Assembly: GCA_044450965.1 (NCBI GenBank)
Contig: JBIOJO010000002.1
Location: 21,246 to 85,245, forward strand
Direction of reading: 5' to 3'
Length of the DNA stretch: 64,000 bases
Source: Elusimicrobiota bacterium
Lineage (GTDB): Bacteria; Elusimicrobiota; Elusimicrobia; UBA1565; UBA9628
Shown: piece after piece, positions 63,052-64,000 of the stretch
How positions within the stretch are numbered: the first letter of the stretch is position 1
Layout: each line of letters opens with the position of its first letter
Position numbers and translations under genes: made by a program
The notes under the pieces: generated by a model
The model's database searches: none
What the model was told of the DNA's origin: nothing
Seen by the model: the letters and a program-made list of their open reading frames with translations, nothing else

Positions 63052-63539
63052 GCGCCCCGGATTATCTTCCGCTGACCCCGGGCCTGCGCCTGGAGTACGC
63101 GGTGAACCGTTTCCAGCGCGAGCGCGCGCTCGTGGTCGAGCACCTCCCGTCCGCCGCGGGCGTGACCGTGCGCCGCACGTGGACGGCGCCGGACGGATCC
63201 AGCGAATCGGAGACCAGCCGCGCCGAACGCCGCGGAGACGGGATCTACGTGGACGGGGCCCTGATCCTGCCCCTGCCGGCGGTTCCGGGCGCGCGTTGGT
63301 CCGCGCCGCCCCGCGAATACCGCGTGGAAACCCTCGACGCCGCCGCGAGCACCCCGGCCGGCCGGTTCAACGGGTGCCTGCGCGTCGGCTACCTGATCGC
63401 CGGGGGGGACGGCGGCTCCGGGGAGCGCCTGTACGCGCCCGGCGTGGGCCTGGTCCGCGAGACCTGCCACGACGAGGCCGATCCGTTCGAGGTGGCGCTG
63501 ACCGCGTCCTTCCCGGCCGCTTCCGCGGGGGCCGCGTGA
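63048..63539 (+). CDS. Hypothetical protein (GTG start)
   Basis: GTGA overlap with the upstream gene. Coding-like GC3. No homolog recognised. Confidence 0.4.
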   Translation: MSAPDYLPLTPGLRLEYAVNRFQRERALVVEHLPSAAGVTVRRTWTAPDGSSESETSRAERRGDGIYVDGALILPLPAVPGARWSAPPREYRVETLDAAASTPAGRFNGCLRVGYLIAGGDGGSGERLYAPGVGLVRETCHDEADPFEVALTASFPAASAGAA

Positions 63540-64000
63540 CCGAGCTTTCTCCCGAGGAGCACTCCGCCAAGATCGCCGCCGCGCGCCGCGCGGCGCAGGT
63601 CTGGGGCCGCGCGAGCGTCGCCCAGCGCGTGGAAGCCCTGACCGGCGTCTGGGAGCATCTGTCCGCGCGCCGCTCCGAGGCGCTGGCCGTCATCCACGAG
63701 GAGACCGGCAAGCCGCGTTTGGAGGCGGAGCTGGTCGAGTTCGGCGCGGCGGGACTGCTCGTGAGTTATTTCGCGGCGAACGCGGAGCGGATCCTGGGCG
63801 AGCGCCCGGCGTGGACGCCGTGGTTCTTCCTGAACAAGCGCGCCGCGGTGCGGCGCCTTCCTCGCGGCGTGGTCGGCCTGATCGCGCCCTGGAACATGCC
63901 GTTTCTCATTCCGTTCGGCGACGCGTTCTGCGCCATGCTGGCCGGCAACGCGGTCCTGCTGAAGCCCTCGGAATGGACGACGCGCACCGCGCTGTGGCTG
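63536..64000 (+). CDS. Aldehyde dehydrogenase family protein, N-terminal fragment. Continues past the window end.
   Basis: ALDH-like N-terminus (VWGRASVAQRVEAL...GKPRLEAE...LIAPWNMPF). GTGA overlap with the upstream gene. Confidence 0.7.
   Translation, partial: MTELSPEEHSAKIAAARRAAQVWGRASVAQRVEALTGVWEHLSARRSEALAVIHEETGKPRLEAELVEFGAAGLLVSYFAANAERILGERPAWTPWFFLNKRAAVRRLPRGVVGLIAPWNMPFLIPFGDAFCAMLAGNAVLLKPSEWTTRTALWL

Overview
This is a high-GC (~68%) bacterial chromosomal segment, densely packed with genes on both strands. I could find no CRISPR array, transposase or integrase by eye. Many genes overlap by 4-8 bp and use GTG or TTG starts. Several long ORFs in the supplied track are antisense or frame-shadow artefacts of high GC and are rejected.

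Recognisable housekeeping genes:
- ileS and lspA (overlapping)
- rlmD/rumA
- copA (P1B Cu-ATPase)
- queF
- thrS (lacks the TGS domain)
- gap, an arginase (rocF-like), pgk and secG (the arginase sits between gap and pgk; no tpiA between pgk and secG)
- class-I FBA (fbaB type) and an AstE/AspA desuccinylase
- an AI-2E transporter
- phrB photolyase and a NUDIX hydrolase
- mscL
- three tRNAs: Val-GAC, Leu-GAG and Ala-GGC, each followed by an intrinsic terminator

Regions that stand out:
1. An envelope Tol/Ton-like cluster at 29.2-36.4 kb: a giant 1115-aa TPR protein, TolQ, two TolR, a TonB_C protein, an OmpA/Pal-like protein and an alkyltransferase-like protein.
2. A very dense two-component region at 50.0-61.1 kb: an 1815-aa cytoplasmic hybrid kinase with nine tandem HAMP units, GAF, HisKA/HATPase and three receivers, plus four stand-alone receivers, one OmpR-type regulator, a REC-PAS kinase and a MASE1-PAS kinase.
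3. A receiver domain fused to a YbgC-type 4HBT thioesterase, placed just downstream of mscL (with a C-terminal Zn-ribbon) and a ceramide-glucosyltransferase-like GT21 that has no canonical start.
4. A partial histidine kinase at the window start whose H-box His is replaced by Arg.
5. A NadD-like nucleotidyltransferase carrying an N-terminal signal peptide.
6. A small lower-GC islet right after tRNA-Ala. It is preceded by a 27-nt direct duplicate of the tRNA 3' end and encodes an exported protein and a DUF4143 AAA ATPase.

All calls come from reading the sequence and translations. No database search was run.
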